Shown: in pieces, positions 63,243 through 64,000 of the stretch
Numbering within the stretch: position 1 is the first letter of the stretch
Layout of the letters: every line of letters begins with the position of its first letter
Notes under the pieces: model-generated
Told to the model about the DNA's origin: nothing
Databases searched by the model: none
What the model saw: only the letters and a program-made list of their open reading frames with translations
Made by a program: the position numbers and the translations under genes
From: Spirochaetota bacterium
GTDB taxonomy: Bacteria; Spirochaetota; UBA4802; JAFGDQ01
Assembly (NCBI GenBank): GCA_043803405.1
Contig: JAZDKB010000010.1
Span: 32,001 to 96,000 of the forward strand
Length of the DNA stretch: 64,000 bases
Direction: 5' to 3'

Positions 63243-63998
63243 TCAGGATAAAATCTCAACAGCGGTTACAAATCTACCAAGCCCTATCATTAGTATTCCT
63301 TTGCCGGCCAGATCGGTTTCGCGGGCACCCGCAAGCGCGGGCAACCGGCCGCTTTTAACCCATTCGAAAGCAATTGCGCACGCGACTGCCGAAGCAGAAG
63401 CAAACTCGCCTGTAATCGTCCTGTAATCAATGACAGGCATTTTTTGCAGAAGCTTTGATTGCAGTTCAGCGAGCTGTTTTTCCGCGATATTTCTTTCAGC
63501 TGCCGGCATTCCTGCGAAAATTACCCCGAACGAGCTGTTTATTCTTTCTACTCCTCCAAGACTATTGACCAGAGATTTTATTATGCTGCTGTTATTGTGT
63601 GAAAATTCAAGGAACGAAGGGAATATCTTAGGGCCGGAATTTTGCTCCGATCTATTAATCAAAAATGCGGCTCCGCCGTCTGACGGCAAAACGCCAATTG
63701 CAGATCTGTCCAGAACGCATGTTAAAACATCGTGATACTCGTCCGCGCATATCAGCATAGCAGGCTCCTCGCCCTGGTGCAAAAGGCTTGCGCAGAAAAG
63801 TGCCTGCTCGAAAGAGTAATCGCCTCCTGTAGCTGTTACGTTCGCGCCGCCGGCGCCGTACCACATCGCAGTCTGCCCTGCAGGCGCGTTGTGCACTGAT
63901 CCGATAAAATCAGTCGGGCTTGGAAACTGCTCGCCTGTTTCAAAAAGCTTATCTAAAAAATCATAAGTTTCAGAAAGAGCGCCCCAGCCTGTGCCGAA
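63243..63998 (-). CDS. Beta-ketoacyl synthase chain-length-factor-like domain (5' part beyond the right edge)
   Basis: Frame stays open to the edge: FGTGWGALSET...SPTDFIGSVHNAPAGQ...SFEQAL...GEFASASA. Confidence 0.75.
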   Translation of the reverse strand, partial: FGTGWGALSETYDFLDKLFETGEQFPSPTDFIGSVHNAPAGQTAMWYGAGGANVTATGGDYSFEQALFCASLLHQGEEPAMLICADEYHDVLTCVLDRSAIGVLPSDGGAAFLINRSEQNSGPKIFPSFLEFSHNNSSIIKSLVNSLGGVERINSSFGVIFAGMPAAERNIAEKQLAELQSKLLQKMPVIDYRTITGEFASASAVACAIAFEWVKSGRLPALAGARETDLAGKGILMIGLGRFVTAVEILS

Positions 63999-64000
63999 AT

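Overview
AT-rich bacterial chromosomal window with about 55 genes, no prophage, IS element or CRISPR array. Gene content (spirochaete-type lipobox, small Cys-rich protein, MlaE/F/D and M23 genes, Rnf, rubrerythrin/FprA/desulfoferrodoxin) suggests an anaerobic member of Spirochaetota; this is inference. It holds c-di-GMP and two-component signalling genes, batA/batB, a radical-SAM aminomutase + tandem ATP-grasp + GNAT operon, a reduced rnfC-D-A cluster, an mla locus, a sigma-70 factor, an Xre-RES toxin-antitoxin pair, TolC-MacA-MacB, RNase P RNA, thiGH, a long co-oriented oxidative-stress/copper cluster next to a PerR-like regulator, katG, and the 3' part of a ketosynthase chain-length-factor-like gene. 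Best candidate for an uncharacterised system: the lysine 2,3-aminomutase-type enzyme + fused double ATP-grasp ligase + acetyltransferase operon (9958-13921), which plausibly builds a beta-lysine-containing acylated peptide or modification. Second: an Rnf remnant that has lost RnfG/E/B and the FMN and Fe-S attachment sites of its membrane subunits while keeping intact reading frames. All family assignments are from motif recognition by eye, not from database searches.
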